A stretch of 64,000 bases of DNA from Monocercomonoides exilis PA203 (lineage: Eukaryota > Protista > Preaxostyla): positions 1,984,001-2,048,000 of the forward strand of contig LSRY02000004.1 of assembly GCA_001643675.2 (NCBI GenBank), read 5' to 3'. Made by a program: the position numbers and the translations under genes. The notes under the pieces are model-generated. The model saw only the letters and a list, made by a program, of their open reading frames with translations. It did not search any database and had not been told where the DNA came from. Positions 63,426-64,000 of the stretch are shown in pieces. Within the stretch, counting starts at the first letter, position 1; each line of letters starts with the position of its first letter.

Positions 63426-64000
63426 TTGATCAATATACATTATTCGTCATTTTCCAAAAAAGATATTTATCAAAAAATAACTTTATTCTTTTGTTAACCC
63501 AATGTATGCAACTTTCTATAAAAAAACAAAAATCAATTCATTTGTTTTTTGAAAATATTTTGTTTTTATTTTATTATAGAAAATAAAAACATAACATCAA
63601 AATATTTTTTTATTTGCAAGTTTTGTCCTAAAAATGAACAATGGAAAGTTAATTTTAAAAAAACGATTTATTTTCGTACTTTTTCTTTTTATTTCAAGTT
63701 ATATTTTAATAATATTATTTGGGTTATTATTTTTGAAATCATATTTTTTCGAACAAAAATTTTGTTTCTATGATTTTGCATTGAATTTTTATTCACGAAC
63801 ACAGAAAAGTGAAAACTCCAATAAAAGTGTATAGTTGGTGTTAATAATGGTGGACACTTTCAATAACTGTGGACAGTGGAATTATCTCAACAACCGTTGA
63901 TAATTGCTTTTTGACAATTAACCAAATTATTCCCTCATCAAATACAAACTTATAAGACATACAGAAATGAAACAACTTTCTCTGTAGAATTCAGAAAAAA

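Noticed and set aside
63830-64000. NGG/TLSITVDSG...VDNCFL-like fragment resembling a beta-helix repeat pseudogene
   Set aside because: Too short, needs a frameshift and is truncated by the window end.
1-64000. Non-standard genetic code (TAA/TAG = Gln, used by some related protists)
   Set aside because: Conserved genes end at TAA/TAG at expected positions (RPS17, VTI1, NMD3, TMEM218-like) and long exons lack in-frame TAR.

Overview
Compact, intron-rich eukaryotic DNA from a flagellated protist. It uses the standard genetic code, has AT-rich GT-AG introns concentrated in 5' gene halves, and has pervasive poly-Ser/poly-Glu tracts. The style strongly resembles an oxymonad (Monocercomonoides-like metamonad), but that is an inference. 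I reconstructed 21 spliced genes by eye: GRIP golgin, an unknown Glu-repeat protein, DNAI2, RPS17, EFG1, hexokinase, a SPRY-like protein, a TMEM218-like protein, a large LRR-SAM protein, IFT56, IFT144, a NELF-B-like protein, DBP6, RBM22, two ATG18/PROPPIN-like copies, a PUF protein, a ZUP1/Mug105-like peptidase, VTI1, NMD3 and an MST/STE20 kinase. The most striking structure is a ~9.7 kb cassette (45882-55549): two ~3.3 kb inverted arms, each carrying a complete PROPPIN-like gene with a degenerate FRRG motif, enclose a divergent Pumilio gene whose UGU-reading repeats look degenerate. Other notable points are a WGATCW palindrome next to many start codons in very short head-to-head intergenics, a ciliary gene cluster, and conserved folds split by large low-complexity insertions (LRRcap, hexokinase, DBP6). 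All homology calls come from recognised motifs, not database searches, and exon boundaries are manual.
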